From: Candidatus Nitrosotenuis aquarius
GTDB lineage: Archaea; Thermoproteota; Nitrososphaeria; Nitrososphaerales; Nitrosopumilaceae
Length of the DNA stretch: 32,000 nt
NCBI RefSeq assembly: GCF_002787055.1
Contig: NZ_CP024808.1
Coordinates: forward strand, 460,328-492,327
Direction of reading: 5' to 3'
Positions 1 to 8,602 of this stretch are shown here, piece after piece. Under the pieces are notes generated by a model. The model searched no databases, was not told where the DNA came from, and saw nothing but the letters and a program-made list of their open reading frames with translations. The position numbers were made by a program, and so were the translations under genes. The first letter of the stretch is position 1; every line of letters starts with the position of its first letter.

Positions 1-482
1 CTAGAGCCGTATTTTTCACGGAGTGGTTGCAGTATTCTTCCCATTCCTGTGACATTGCAGCTTCCTTGCATGACATGTTTTTTGCCAAAGGCATCCTTGT
101 AGTTAACACGCGAGTTAAACAGTAAATCAGATACACGCTCATCCCCAAAGACAGACTCGCCTCCCTGATAGATTGCCATTACACCTTTTGGCTCATAGAG
201 CTGTTTTTTGTTGGTGTATCCAGTTCCTCCAGGGGCACCGTCAATTACAAGGTCACAGTTTGACAGTGCTTCTTCTATACTGCCTTTGATTTTGTAATTC
301 TTAAAAGAGTCAATGCTTTTTTGCGGCACATAGACATCAAAGCCTCTTGATATAGCATCGTTTACCTTTTCATCCGGAGAGAACTTGCCCACTCCGATTA
401 CCTTTATTTCAGGATCGTCTTTGATGAATTGTGCAATTCGGTTTCCAATGGAACCATATCCATTGACAAAAACCCGCTTCAT
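1..482 (-). CDS. gap: Glyceraldehyde-3-phosphate dehydrogenase, archaeal type II (N-terminal part; C-terminus runs off the window start)
   Basis: Absent from the ORF track because it is open at the window edge. My reverse-strand translation from ATG at 482 gives MKRVFVNGYGSIGNRIAQFIKDDPEIKVIGVGK...KHVMQGSCNVTGMGRILQPLREKYGS. It has an N-terminal NAD-binding NGYGSIGNR motif and the catalytic SCNxTG motif typical of archaeal GAPDH. Confidence 0.8.
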   Translation of the reverse strand, partial: MKRVFVNGYGSIGNRIAQFIKDDPEIKVIGVGKFSPDEKVNDAISRGFDVYVPQKSIDSFKNYKIKGSIEEALSNCDLVIDGAPGGTGYTNKKQLYEPKGVMAIYQGGESVFGDERVSDLLFNSRVNYKDAFGKKHVMQGSCNVTGMGRILQPLREKYGS

Positions 483-522
483 GGTTTTGTCCCAGAATTG
501 GGATTTATTTACATTTCACAGA

Positions 523-762
523 TTAGGTAGCAGGCGACAATTCAGATGATGTGGATTGGTCTTCTCGTATCGAGTCAAATTTTGCAATAGACTGTCCCAA
601 TCCGGATTCTATTTTTTGAGCGGTGCTTTCTTTGCTTAGCATCGGCGAAAGTAGAAAATATGCAAGTATTAGCAATGACGATAACGCCGCCACCACAGTA
701 ATCGTCCACAATCTATCATTTTGCACATAATACATGTTATTCACATTTAGATTAATGGGCAT
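523..762 (-). CDS. Hypothetical small membrane protein (one predicted TM segment)
   Basis: 79-aa ORF with the hydrophobic stretch WTITVVAALSSLLILAYFLL. Its ATG abuts the GTG of the divergent ORF at 763, so either the start or the reality of the gene is uncertain. Confidence 0.35.
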   Translation of the reverse strand: MPINLNVNNMYYVQNDRLWTITVVAALSSLLILAYFLLSPMLSKESTAQKIESGLGQSIAKFDSIREDQSTSSELSPAT

Positions 763-1542
763 GTGTTCGAATCACACAAAACAACTAAATGCATCCCGAT
801 TCTGGCTACAGCATTGATACATGCTCCATCTCTAGGCATAGGTGCAGGAATTGCAGCTGCCGTCATAATTGGAGCACTCTTTGTAATCAATGGACAAATG
901 CCAGAGACAGGCTTTAAGACAGAAGACATCAAGGATGTAGAAAGAGACCAGATTTTACAAGAACAGCCTCCACAACAAGTGCAAATGTCAGTCTTTTCTG
1001 CTAATGCATCACCAATACTTGGTGATCCAAATGCGCCAATCACAATAATAGAGTTTGGGGATTACCAGTGCTTTTACTGCAACAAGTTCTTCCACGATAC
1101 AGAACACCAGATTCATGACAATTATATCAAAACAGGCAAGGCAAAACTAGTCTTCAAAGATTTTACCATAATAGGGCCAGACTCTGTAGTAGCAGCCCAC
1201 GCAGCGCATTGTGCAGACGAACAAGGCAAGTTCTGGGAATATCATGATACACTATACAACAACTGGAATGGTGAAAACAACGGATGGGCATCGGCACAAA
1301 ACCAACTCAAATTTGCCCAACAGGTAGGCCTAGACGAGACAAAATTCACAGAATGCATGAACAGTGAGAAATACACAGAAAAGATTCAGGCAAGCTCCGA
1401 AGACGCAAAGACGTTAGGATTGACAGGAACCCCAGCATTCTTTGTGATTGGTCCAAACAACAAGATAGTCAAAGTCCCAGGCGCTCAGCCATATGACGTG
1501 TTTGCCAATATTTTAGACTCGGAAGAAATAATGGCAGACTAG
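763..1542 (+). CDS. DsbA-family thiol:disulfide oxidoreductase (thioredoxin fold), membrane-anchored
   Basis: It has an N-terminal TM segment (GIGAGIAAAVIIGALFVI) followed by a DsbA-like domain with the redox motif YQCFYCNKF and a C-terminal GTPAFFV motif. The GTG start at 763 is doubtful; an in-frame TTG at 817 is an alternative. Confidence 0.8.
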   Translation: MFESHKTTKCIPILATALIHAPSLGIGAGIAAAVIIGALFVINGQMPETGFKTEDIKDVERDQILQEQPPQQVQMSVFSANASPILGDPNAPITIIEFGDYQCFYCNKFFHDTEHQIHDNYIKTGKAKLVFKDFTIIGPDSVVAAHAAHCADEQGKFWEYHDTLYNNWNGENNGWASAQNQLKFAQQVGLDETKFTECMNSEKYTEKIQASSEDAKTLGLTGTPAFFVIGPNNKIVKVPGAQPYDVFANILDSEEIMAD

Positions 1543-1549
1543 TCTGATC

Positions 1550-2101
1550 ATGGAGTTTAATTGTGTAAAGGACTGCTCTCAATGCTGTATTGACCGAGAG
1601 TATTACCCATCAAAGAAATTCGGCAAAATAGGGGTATTGATTCTGCCCGATGAAAAGCAGAAAATAGAATCACTGGTAGAATCACTAGGAGTCACCGTAA
1701 ACATAATTCCAAGAATTGCAATATCTAATGATGACTCTAGGCCGGAAAAAATCATCGCATACCAGATGATGGGAAAAGAGCAAAACGGCAACACCTGCCC
1801 ATTTTTAGATACAGAGGAAAAATCACCCCATGGTGGATTTGCTTGTAAAATTTACAAAGATAGACCTCTTGCATGTAGGGCATATCCCCTCATAGAGACA
1901 AATCCCATCACACTAGACCAAAAATGCAAGTTCTGCCAGACGTGCCCCACTGCTGACTCTAATCTGAATTCAGAGATAGAGTCCCTAATCCAGATTAAAA
2001 ACAAGATGAATGCAGACATGCCAATAATATGGCGATATGCGACAGGCATTGGAGATCAAAAAGACATCCCAATCATACAAAAGGGATGGATCAAGGACTA
2101 G
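1550..2101 (+). CDS. YkgJ/UPF0153-like putative Zn/Fe-S cluster protein
   Basis: 183 aa with the N-terminal CVKDCSQCC motif plus further cysteine groups (CPF, CKIY...CRAYP, CKFCQTC), as in the CxxCxxCC family. Confidence 0.6.
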   Translation: MEFNCVKDCSQCCIDREYYPSKKFGKIGVLILPDEKQKIESLVESLGVTVNIIPRIAISNDDSRPEKIIAYQMMGKEQNGNTCPFLDTEEKSPHGGFACKIYKDRPLACRAYPLIETNPITLDQKCKFCQTCPTADSNLNSEIESLIQIKNKMNADMPIIWRYATGIGDQKDIPIIQKGWIKD

Positions 2102-2228
2102 GTAAATTCACAGATCCGCAACAAATGAGGATGTATTTGCAAAAAATTTCTGCAAAACGACAAAATTTCCGAATTTTTATAAATTTACACAACATAACTC
2201 GATTGTAGAACAGATTTAGCTGACAACC

Positions 2229-2236
2229 CTTATATT
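2229..2236 (+). promoter_or_regulatory. TATA-like box (CTTATATT) for the HMG-CoA synthase gene, spacing suggests a leaderless mRNA
   Basis: An AT-rich box is centred about 26 nt upstream of the ATG at 2258, and no Shine-Dalgarno sequence lies between them. Confidence 0.4.
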
Positions 2237-2257
2237 CAAAAATCCGAAGGGTAGCTC

Positions 2258-3652
2258 ATGGCAGCAGGTATTGACGACATTGCCATTTACATTCCGCGCT
2301 TGTTTGTAGATTCGACCGACTTTGCCCAAGCACGAGGCGTAGACCCAGTCAAGCTAAAGCAGGGACTGGGCATATCACGCATGGCAATAGTAGATTCCAA
2401 CCAAGACCCAGCGTGCCTGGCTGCAAACGCATGCCTAAAGATAATGCAGCGCAACAAGATATCCCCAGACGATATTGGTAGGCTATATGTAGCGACAGAA
2501 TCCTCATTGGACGAATCAAAGGCCCTAAACTCTTACGTCATTGGTATGCTAGAGCAGGTATATGGAGACGGCTCCTTTGAGCATTGTGGTGGGATAGAGT
2601 GCAAATTTGCATGTGTTTCAGGATCATATGCCCTGTATGATAACGCCAACTGGATTAGGGCAGGAGAGGCGGAAGGAAAACACGCAATTGTTGTAGTATC
2701 AGACATTGCAAAATACGACATGGGTTCTTCTGGTGAATACACACAGGGAGCAGGCGCCATTGCGATGTTACTTAACGATAATCCAAGACTGTTACAATTT
2801 GATTCCAAGGTCACATCAACATCAATTAAAAACGAGTACGACTTTTACAGGCCGTTTGGCAAAGAAACCCCAATTGTTCACGGACAATACTCTAATTTGC
2901 TGTACCTAATCCAGGTCAAAAAAGCATTTGAATCATACAAGAAAAAGGCAATAGAAACAGGAATCATCATGCTAAAGGAAGGAGAGACAATCTTGGACCA
3001 CATTGATTATCTTTGCATGCACTTGCCATATTCTAACATGGGCAAAAAAGCACTATCATACCTGCTAAGACGTGAATGGCGAAGCCTCCCAAGGTGGAAA
3101 AGAATAGTAGAACAGACAGGAATGGAAGAGCCTGTGCCAAAAGATCCTCGTGGCACAATTGAATCAATACTTGCAGACGAAGAATACATGGGCAAAGACC
3201 ACGAGTTTAACAAATTATTTACCAGAACCAAAGAATATCAGGCATTTTACGAGGACAAGCTTGCCAGCTCATTAATTGCATCATCGATGATAGGCAACCT
3301 ATACACCGCATCACTATATCTAGGATTTAGAAGCTGCCTTGAATTTGAATTCCAAAAAGGAGTCGACTTGGAAGGGAAGAGATTCGGATTTGGCTCATAT
3401 GGTAGCGGAAGCAGTGCAATGGTGTTCTCAGGCGTAGTTCAGCCATCATACAAGGAAATCGTCAAGAACATGAACTTGGAAGCAGAAATAGGCGAGCGAG
3501 TCAAGCTATCGCTAAAAGACTATGAGGAAATACATGAAAACAAACGCGCCCCAACACAAAGCATGCTAAGCGGTAAAAATGAATTTGTCCTAGTAAGCGT
3601 TGAGAAATCTCCTGAGAGTAGGGGAGAGCGCAAGTACGTATACTGCCAGTAA
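2258..3652 (+). CDS. Hydroxymethylglutaryl-CoA synthase (long, bacterial/eukaryote-like form)
   Basis: 464 aa. The thiolase-fold HMGS signatures are present: LYVATESSLDESKA (catalytic Glu region), ECKFACVSGSYAL (catalytic Cys), CMHLPYSNMGKKA (His) and GSYGSGS. Confidence 0.9.
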   Translation: MAAGIDDIAIYIPRLFVDSTDFAQARGVDPVKLKQGLGISRMAIVDSNQDPACLAANACLKIMQRNKISPDDIGRLYVATESSLDESKALNSYVIGMLEQVYGDGSFEHCGGIECKFACVSGSYALYDNANWIRAGEAEGKHAIVVVSDIAKYDMGSSGEYTQGAGAIAMLLNDNPRLLQFDSKVTSTSIKNEYDFYRPFGKETPIVHGQYSNLLYLIQVKKAFESYKKKAIETGIIMLKEGETILDHIDYLCMHLPYSNMGKKALSYLLRREWRSLPRWKRIVEQTGMEEPVPKDPRGTIESILADEEYMGKDHEFNKLFTRTKEYQAFYEDKLASSLIASSMIGNLYTASLYLGFRSCLEFEFQKGVDLEGKRFGFGSYGSGSSAMVFSGVVQPSYKEIVKNMNLEAEIGERVKLSLKDYEEIHENKRAPTQSMLSGKNEFVLVSVEKSPESRGERKYVYCQ

Positions 3653-3669
3653 TAGTCCAAATTCACATC

Positions 3670-4212
3670 ATGGACACATCATCGCCAATCAAGGACAGCC
3701 TATACCAGATAATTCAGAGCGTTCCTGAGAATATAGTTCAAGAAAAGATTGCAAAAAACCCAGACTCGTTCATGCGGGAAATATTCTCAAGGGCAGACAT
3801 GGACTCACTTGGTGGAAACAAGACTGAAAACTATGAAACATTTGCGGAATCGCTCATGCATTTTGTTCTGACTAATGCGCTTATTCCAAGCCAAAGAAAA
3901 ATAACACTAGGCCAAGCTGAGATAGATATTGTAATTCCAGACACTAGAACGTTAAAAACATCAAACAAAGACGCAATCGTGATTTTATTTCCAAAGACAG
4001 AAAACGTAAAATCAATACTACAAAGATTAGAAAAAACGCTCACCATTCAAACAATTAAAGAAAATATTTGGCTTGTGCAAAAGTCATCACTGGGATTACC
4101 ATACAAAACATACGAACTAGAGAGAAGTGGCTCGTTTTTTCACATTATTGAGGATGTCAAAAAGACAACGGCTGGCAAGAGTCAATCAAAATTAAAGATC
4201 TTTAAAGTTTAG
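3670..4212 (+). CDS. Hypothetical protein
   Basis: 180-aa ORF starting 18 nt after the HMGS stop. I recognise no family. The weak AEIDIVIPD...ILFPK pattern is not sufficient to call a nuclease fold. Confidence 0.5.
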   Translation: MDTSSPIKDSLYQIIQSVPENIVQEKIAKNPDSFMREIFSRADMDSLGGNKTENYETFAESLMHFVLTNALIPSQRKITLGQAEIDIVIPDTRTLKTSNKDAIVILFPKTENVKSILQRLEKTLTIQTIKENIWLVQKSSLGLPYKTYELERSGSFFHIIEDVKKTTAGKSQSKLKIFKV

Positions 4213-4882
4213 ACAACACAGAGTCTTTTTGCAAGATTTGTGATATTGTCATGATGTTACCATTTTGTATGTTGGGGATTTTACAAATGACATCGATGCC
4301 ACTCAGCGACACCAGATCCTCTTCTAGTTCTTGCATGACATATCCTTCAGTATCAGTCTGGTTAATTATCAGCCCCAAAACGTTTATTCCATATTTTTTG
4401 CATAGATTCAAGGCAAGTAACGTGTGGTTAACAGAGCCCATCTTGGTTCCAGTCACCATCAAAACATCAAGATTCAGATCTTTTATCAGATCCGCAACAA
4501 AGTAATCCCTCAAAATAGGAACAAGTATTCCACCAATTCCCTCAACTAGAACAACATCGTGGTTTGCTTGTAATTTCTCATAGCTCGATAAAACCAGGTC
4601 AACGTCTATTGTTTTGCCCAGTTTTTTTGCGGCTCGATACGGCGAAGTCGGAATTGGGAAAAAATACGGATTAATCAGTGATTCAGGATCATTTACGCCG
4701 GAATGGTGTACAAGTAATTCGACATCTTCAGATTTGAATCCGTTTTTTTGTGGAATTCCTGTTGCAAAAGGTTTCATTACGCCTACATCGACACCAGAAG
4801 ACTTTAGAGTACTTGTAAGGGCGCACGTAAAGACGGTTTTGCCTATGCCAGTGTCAGCACCAGTAATGAAAATCGACTTCAT
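4202..4882 (-). CDS. bioD: Dethiobiotin synthetase
   Basis: MKSIFITGADTGIGKTVFTCAL contains the P-loop GxxGxGKT, and EGIGGILVP is also present. I chose the internal ATG at 4882 because the longer ORF (to 5047) would overlap the divergent bioA start. Confidence 0.85.
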   Translation of the reverse strand: MKSIFITGADTGIGKTVFTCALTSTLKSSGVDVGVMKPFATGIPQKNGFKSEDVELLVHHSGVNDPESLINPYFFPIPTSPYRAAKKLGKTIDVDLVLSSYEKLQANHDVVLVEGIGGILVPILRDYFVADLIKDLNLDVLMVTGTKMGSVNHTLLALNLCKKYGINVLGLIINQTDTEGYVMQELEEDLVSLSGIDVICKIPNIQNGNIMTISQILQKDSVLSKL

Positions 4883-4955
4883 GTAAAAACTCCTAGTATA
4901 TGGAATTAATCCTTTTACCGCTTGATTATTAAAATGAAAATCACCCATACAGGCA

Positions 4956-6257
4956 ATGAGACCCAGTTCTGTGTGGCACCCATACACGCAAATGTCAGAA
5001 TGGGATTCATTTCCAAATATTGTCAGGGGGGATGGATTTTGGCTCATAGACTCTGATGGAAACAGATATCTGGATGGCGTGGCAAGTATGTGGTGTAACG
5101 TTTGGGGTCACTCTAAAAAAGAACTAGTTTCCGCAATCAGCAAGCAAGCAAAGAAAATCACCCATTCATCTTTGTTCAATCTTACAAACAACCAGGCAGA
5201 AAACTTGGCAGAAAAACTAATTGCGATATCACCAGGCATGAATCGAGTCTTTTACTCTGATAATGGTTCGACTGCCATGGAAATTGCATTCAAAATAGCA
5301 ATACAATACTGGCAAAACATCGGATACAAAAACAAGAACATGTTTGCCACACTACAAAACGGATATCACGGCGATACATTCGGTACAATGTCCGTAGGAT
5401 TTGTTCCAGCATTTTTTGCCAAATTCAAAAAAAACCTATACAAAACAATCCAAATTCCATTTGAGAACAGCTACAAAATAGCAAACATCGAAGAATATTA
5501 TTCTCAGACCCTAGAAAAAATTGAGGTCACATTAGCAAAGAACCAGAACATTGCAGCATTTGTAATGGAGAGTGGTGCACAGATAGCTGGTGGAGTCAAC
5601 ATATACCAAAACGATTTTCAATCACAGATTAGCAAAATTTGCAGAAAATACAACACATTACTGATATTAGATGAAATTGCTACAGGGTTCGGCCGTCTAG
5701 GATCATTAGTAGAATATACCGCACAGAAAAGCAAGCCAGACATTGTGACATATGGCAAGATGCTCACAGCAGGATACTTGCCAATGGCCGCAACGCTTGT
5801 GACAAAAAAGATCTATGATTCGTTTTTGGGCAAATATCACCAAATGAAGCATTTGTATCACGGTCACACATTTACTGGCAACACGCTTGCATGTGCAGTG
5901 GCAAATCAGAATCTGGATTTGTACCAGAAAACAAACTTGATCACAAATGTGAGAAAAACTGCAAGTCACTTGAAAGGACGCCTAGAGGAATTCTACGACA
6001 TACATACAGTAGGCGACATTAGGCACAAAGGAATACTTGTCGCAATAGAGTTGGTCTCAGATAGAGCAAAAAAGACGCCCATGTCGTTTGCAAAATCCAC
6101 AAACAAGATAGTCTTTGAGGAGGCAAAAAAGCACAAAATCTATCTCAGAACTCTAGGAAACATAGTCATGCTTGTACCGCCGCTTGCGATGCCCCAAAAA
6201 GAAATCGATTTTCTAATAGACGGCACAATCAAAACCATCAAAAACATATCAAAATAA
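4956..6257 (+). CDS. bioA: Adenosylmethionine-8-amino-7-oxononanoate aminotransferase
   Basis: 433-aa class-III aminotransferase with WHPYTQM, MWCNVWGH, LILDEIATGFGRLG and the PLP-lysine region TYGKMLTAGYLPMAA. Confidence 0.9.
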   Translation: MRPSSVWHPYTQMSEWDSFPNIVRGDGFWLIDSDGNRYLDGVASMWCNVWGHSKKELVSAISKQAKKITHSSLFNLTNNQAENLAEKLIAISPGMNRVFYSDNGSTAMEIAFKIAIQYWQNIGYKNKNMFATLQNGYHGDTFGTMSVGFVPAFFAKFKKNLYKTIQIPFENSYKIANIEEYYSQTLEKIEVTLAKNQNIAAFVMESGAQIAGGVNIYQNDFQSQISKICRKYNTLLILDEIATGFGRLGSLVEYTAQKSKPDIVTYGKMLTAGYLPMAATLVTKKIYDSFLGKYHQMKHLYHGHTFTGNTLACAVANQNLDLYQKTNLITNVRKTASHLKGRLEEFYDIHTVGDIRHKGILVAIELVSDRAKKTPMSFAKSTNKIVFEEAKKHKIYLRTLGNIVMLVPPLAMPQKEIDFLIDGTIKTIKNISK

Positions 6258-6327
6258 TTGTAAACCAGTCTGCAGTCTCAGGTTAACATTTGAAATATTA
6301 ATTAATAGAAAAAATCAAATCGCAGTG

Positions 6328-7296
6328 ATGGATTCCCAGTTTATTTTAGAATGCCAGAATAAGGTTTTGGGTGGAAGAAAACTAACAGAATCAGAACTAG
6401 AAGGACTCATCAATATTGAGAATTTGAAAGAACTATCGGATGCAGCAAATAAAATCACAAGGGCATTTCAGGGAAACAAGGTGGATGTAGAACAATTGGC
6501 AAACATCAAAAAAAACTATTGTAGTGAGGATTGTGTTTTTTGCGGCCAATCGGCGTTTTTTAATACAGGAATAGATAGCTACCAGTTACTACCACCAGAA
6601 GAAATAGTCAAGACTGCAAAAAAGGCAAAAGACGAAGGCGCTGAATCATATTGTTTGGTAGCCGCGTGGCGTCAGCCATCAGATTCGGATTTTCTCAAAG
6701 TTTGCAATATCATAACTCAGATTAAAGACCAAGTCGGAATATCAATAGAGTGCAGCCTTGGATTTCTCACAGAGGCACAGGCAAGAAAGCTCAAAGAACT
6801 AGGTGTCAAGCGATACAACCACAACCTAGAAACCGCAAAATCAAAATTCTCGCAAATATGTACCACTCACACATATCAAGACAGACTAGACACATTACAC
6901 ATTGCGAGAAACGCTGGCCTTGAGCTTTGTACGGGCGGAATTATAGGAATGGGCGAAACACGCGCACAGCGGCTAGAATTAATTTCGGAATTGGCAAGAC
7001 TAGAGCCAGAAGAAGTCACAATAAACCTGCTAGTGGCAATTCCTGGAACACCACTCGAATTGCAAACCCCGATATCATTTGAAGAGATCCTGCGGGTTTT
7101 TGCAGTGACTAGATTTGCGTTGCCAAGGTCGATCATCAAGATTTCAGGTGGGCGTGAAGTACACCTAGAAGATTCTGGTGAAGAACTCTTGCTAAGCGGT
7201 GCAAATGGCATAATTAGTTCTGGCTATCTTACTTTGGGTGGAAATCCAATGAACAAAGATCTTGAAATGATCAAAAACATCAAACTTGAAGCTTGA
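6328..7296 (+). CDS. bioB: Biotin synthase (radical SAM)
   Basis: CSEDCVFCGQS is the CxxxCxxC radical-SAM motif, and YNHNLET and GGIIGMGET are also present. ATG at 6328 is preferred over the adjacent in-frame GTG at 6325. Confidence 0.9.
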   Translation: MDSQFILECQNKVLGGRKLTESELEGLINIENLKELSDAANKITRAFQGNKVDVEQLANIKKNYCSEDCVFCGQSAFFNTGIDSYQLLPPEEIVKTAKKAKDEGAESYCLVAAWRQPSDSDFLKVCNIITQIKDQVGISIECSLGFLTEAQARKLKELGVKRYNHNLETAKSKFSQICTTHTYQDRLDTLHIARNAGLELCTGGIIGMGETRAQRLELISELARLEPEEVTINLLVAIPGTPLELQTPISFEEILRVFAVTRFALPRSIIKISGGREVHLEDSGEELLLSGANGIISSGYLTLGGNPMNKDLEMIKNIKLEA

Positions 7297-8410
7297 TTAC
7301 ATAGCTCAAAAACTAGCAGAGCTAAAAAAACAAAACCTATACAGAAACCTCAGAAATGTCAGAATCAGCGGGCCATACATCACGATAAATGCAAAAAAGC
7401 GAGTAAATTTCTGCTCAAATGATTACTTGGGGTTATCTGACTGGAACATCAAGCCAAGACAGCTTCAATCCAGCTCAAGGCTAGTATCTGGAAATGATGA
7501 GTCATTTATCAGATTAGAAAAAAAACTCGCAGCTCATAAATCGCAAGAATCGTCTTTGGTTTTTCCAACTGGATACATGGCAAACCTTGGTGCAATACCT
7601 GCCATTGCAGACAAGCAATCCACGATATTTAGCGATGAGCTAAACCACGCAAGCATAATTGAGGCATGTAGACTAAGCGGGGCCAAAACCCAGGTATACA
7701 AACACAATGATTCCCAAGATCTTGGGAAAAAAATATCCAAAATCAAAGGCAGAAAATTCGTCATAACCGAGGGAATATTCAGCATGGATGGCGATTTTGC
7801 CAATTTGGAGGAAATCTCGGAAATAACTGAAAAAACAGATTCTATCTTGGTGATAGATGACGCACATGGAGACTTTGTCGTGGGTAAAAACGGCAAAGGC
7901 ACGCCAAATCATTTCGGTGTAGAAAAAAGAATAGACGTCTACATTAGTAGTCTGAGCAAGGGACTGGGTTCTTTTGGCGGGTATGTGGCATCATCAAACC
8001 AAGTCACAGAGTTGTGCATAAACAAGGCTCGCTCGTTTATCTACACATCCGCATTGCCGTCGTTTTTAGTTGAATTGTCATTATCAAGACTAGTACAAAA
8101 CAGAGCAAAACAACAAAAAAAACTGAAACAAAACGTATCTCATTTATCATCAGGCCTAAGAAAAATAGGATATGACATCAGGTCCCAGACGCACATCATA
8201 CCAATCATAATCGGCAGTGAAAAGAAAACTCTGGAATTTGGCAAATTCATGTATGATAATGGAATCTTTGCACAGCCCATCAGATATCCAACAGTTCCAA
8301 AGAACTCGGCAAGGCTGAGAATCTCAGTTACTGCATGGCTATCAAAAAAGCAGATCGATGATGCATTAGAGGTATTCGATAAAGCAGGTAAAAAGTTTGA
8401 TTTGGTGTGA
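7286..8410 (+). CDS. bioF: 8-amino-7-oxononanoate synthase
   Basis: 374 aa with FCSNDYLGL, DELNHASII, VIDDAHG and the PLP-lysine motif SSLSKGLGSFGG. The TTG start overlaps the bioB stop by 11 nt. Confidence 0.9.
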   Translation: MKLDYIAQKLAELKKQNLYRNLRNVRISGPYITINAKKRVNFCSNDYLGLSDWNIKPRQLQSSSRLVSGNDESFIRLEKKLAAHKSQESSLVFPTGYMANLGAIPAIADKQSTIFSDELNHASIIEACRLSGAKTQVYKHNDSQDLGKKISKIKGRKFVITEGIFSMDGDFANLEEISEITEKTDSILVIDDAHGDFVVGKNGKGTPNHFGVEKRIDVYISSLSKGLGSFGGYVASSNQVTELCINKARSFIYTSALPSFLVELSLSRLVQNRAKQQKKLKQNVSHLSSGLRKIGYDIRSQTHIIPIIIGSEKKTLEFGKFMYDNGIFAQPIRYPTVPKNSARLRISVTAWLSKKQIDDALEVFDKAGKKFDLV

Positions 8411-8411
8411 G

Positions 8412-8516
8412 CTATCTGCGCATGTCAAAGCCCATAAACGCAGGTGAGCCTACAAAGACTGCGATTGCCACTATGATTCCAAGCGCGATTCCAACTATGA
8501 TGAATCTCTTGTTCAC
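8412..8516 (-). CDS. Candidate micro-ORF, 34-aa single-pass membrane peptide
   Basis: Below the ORF-track cutoff. My translation from the GTG start gives (M)NKRFIIVGIALGIIVAIAVFVGSPAFMGFDMRR. It resembles the second micro-ORF at 22768-22875. Confidence 0.25.
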   Translation of the reverse strand: MNKRFIIVGIALGIIVAIAVFVGSPAFMGFDMRR

Positions 8517-8602
8517 GAGTTTTACCCATGCAACTTAGATAAAAAGCAATACCAGAAAAATCTGGAACAATGCTTTAATAAAAAAATTCAACAACTGTTG
8601 TA

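Noticed and set aside
3670-4212. PD-(D/E)xK nuclease call for the 180-aa protein next to HMGS
   Set aside because: Only a weak EIDIVIPD...FPK pattern is present, with no clear acidic-x-Lys triad. This is insufficient without structure or profile evidence.
4883-5047. N-terminal 55-aa extension of the bioD ORF
   Set aside because: It would overlap the divergent bioA coding start by 92 nt. It also precedes the P-loop N-terminus MKSIFITGADTGIGKT, where BioD proteins normally begin. The internal ATG at 4882 has an AGGAG 8 nt upstream.
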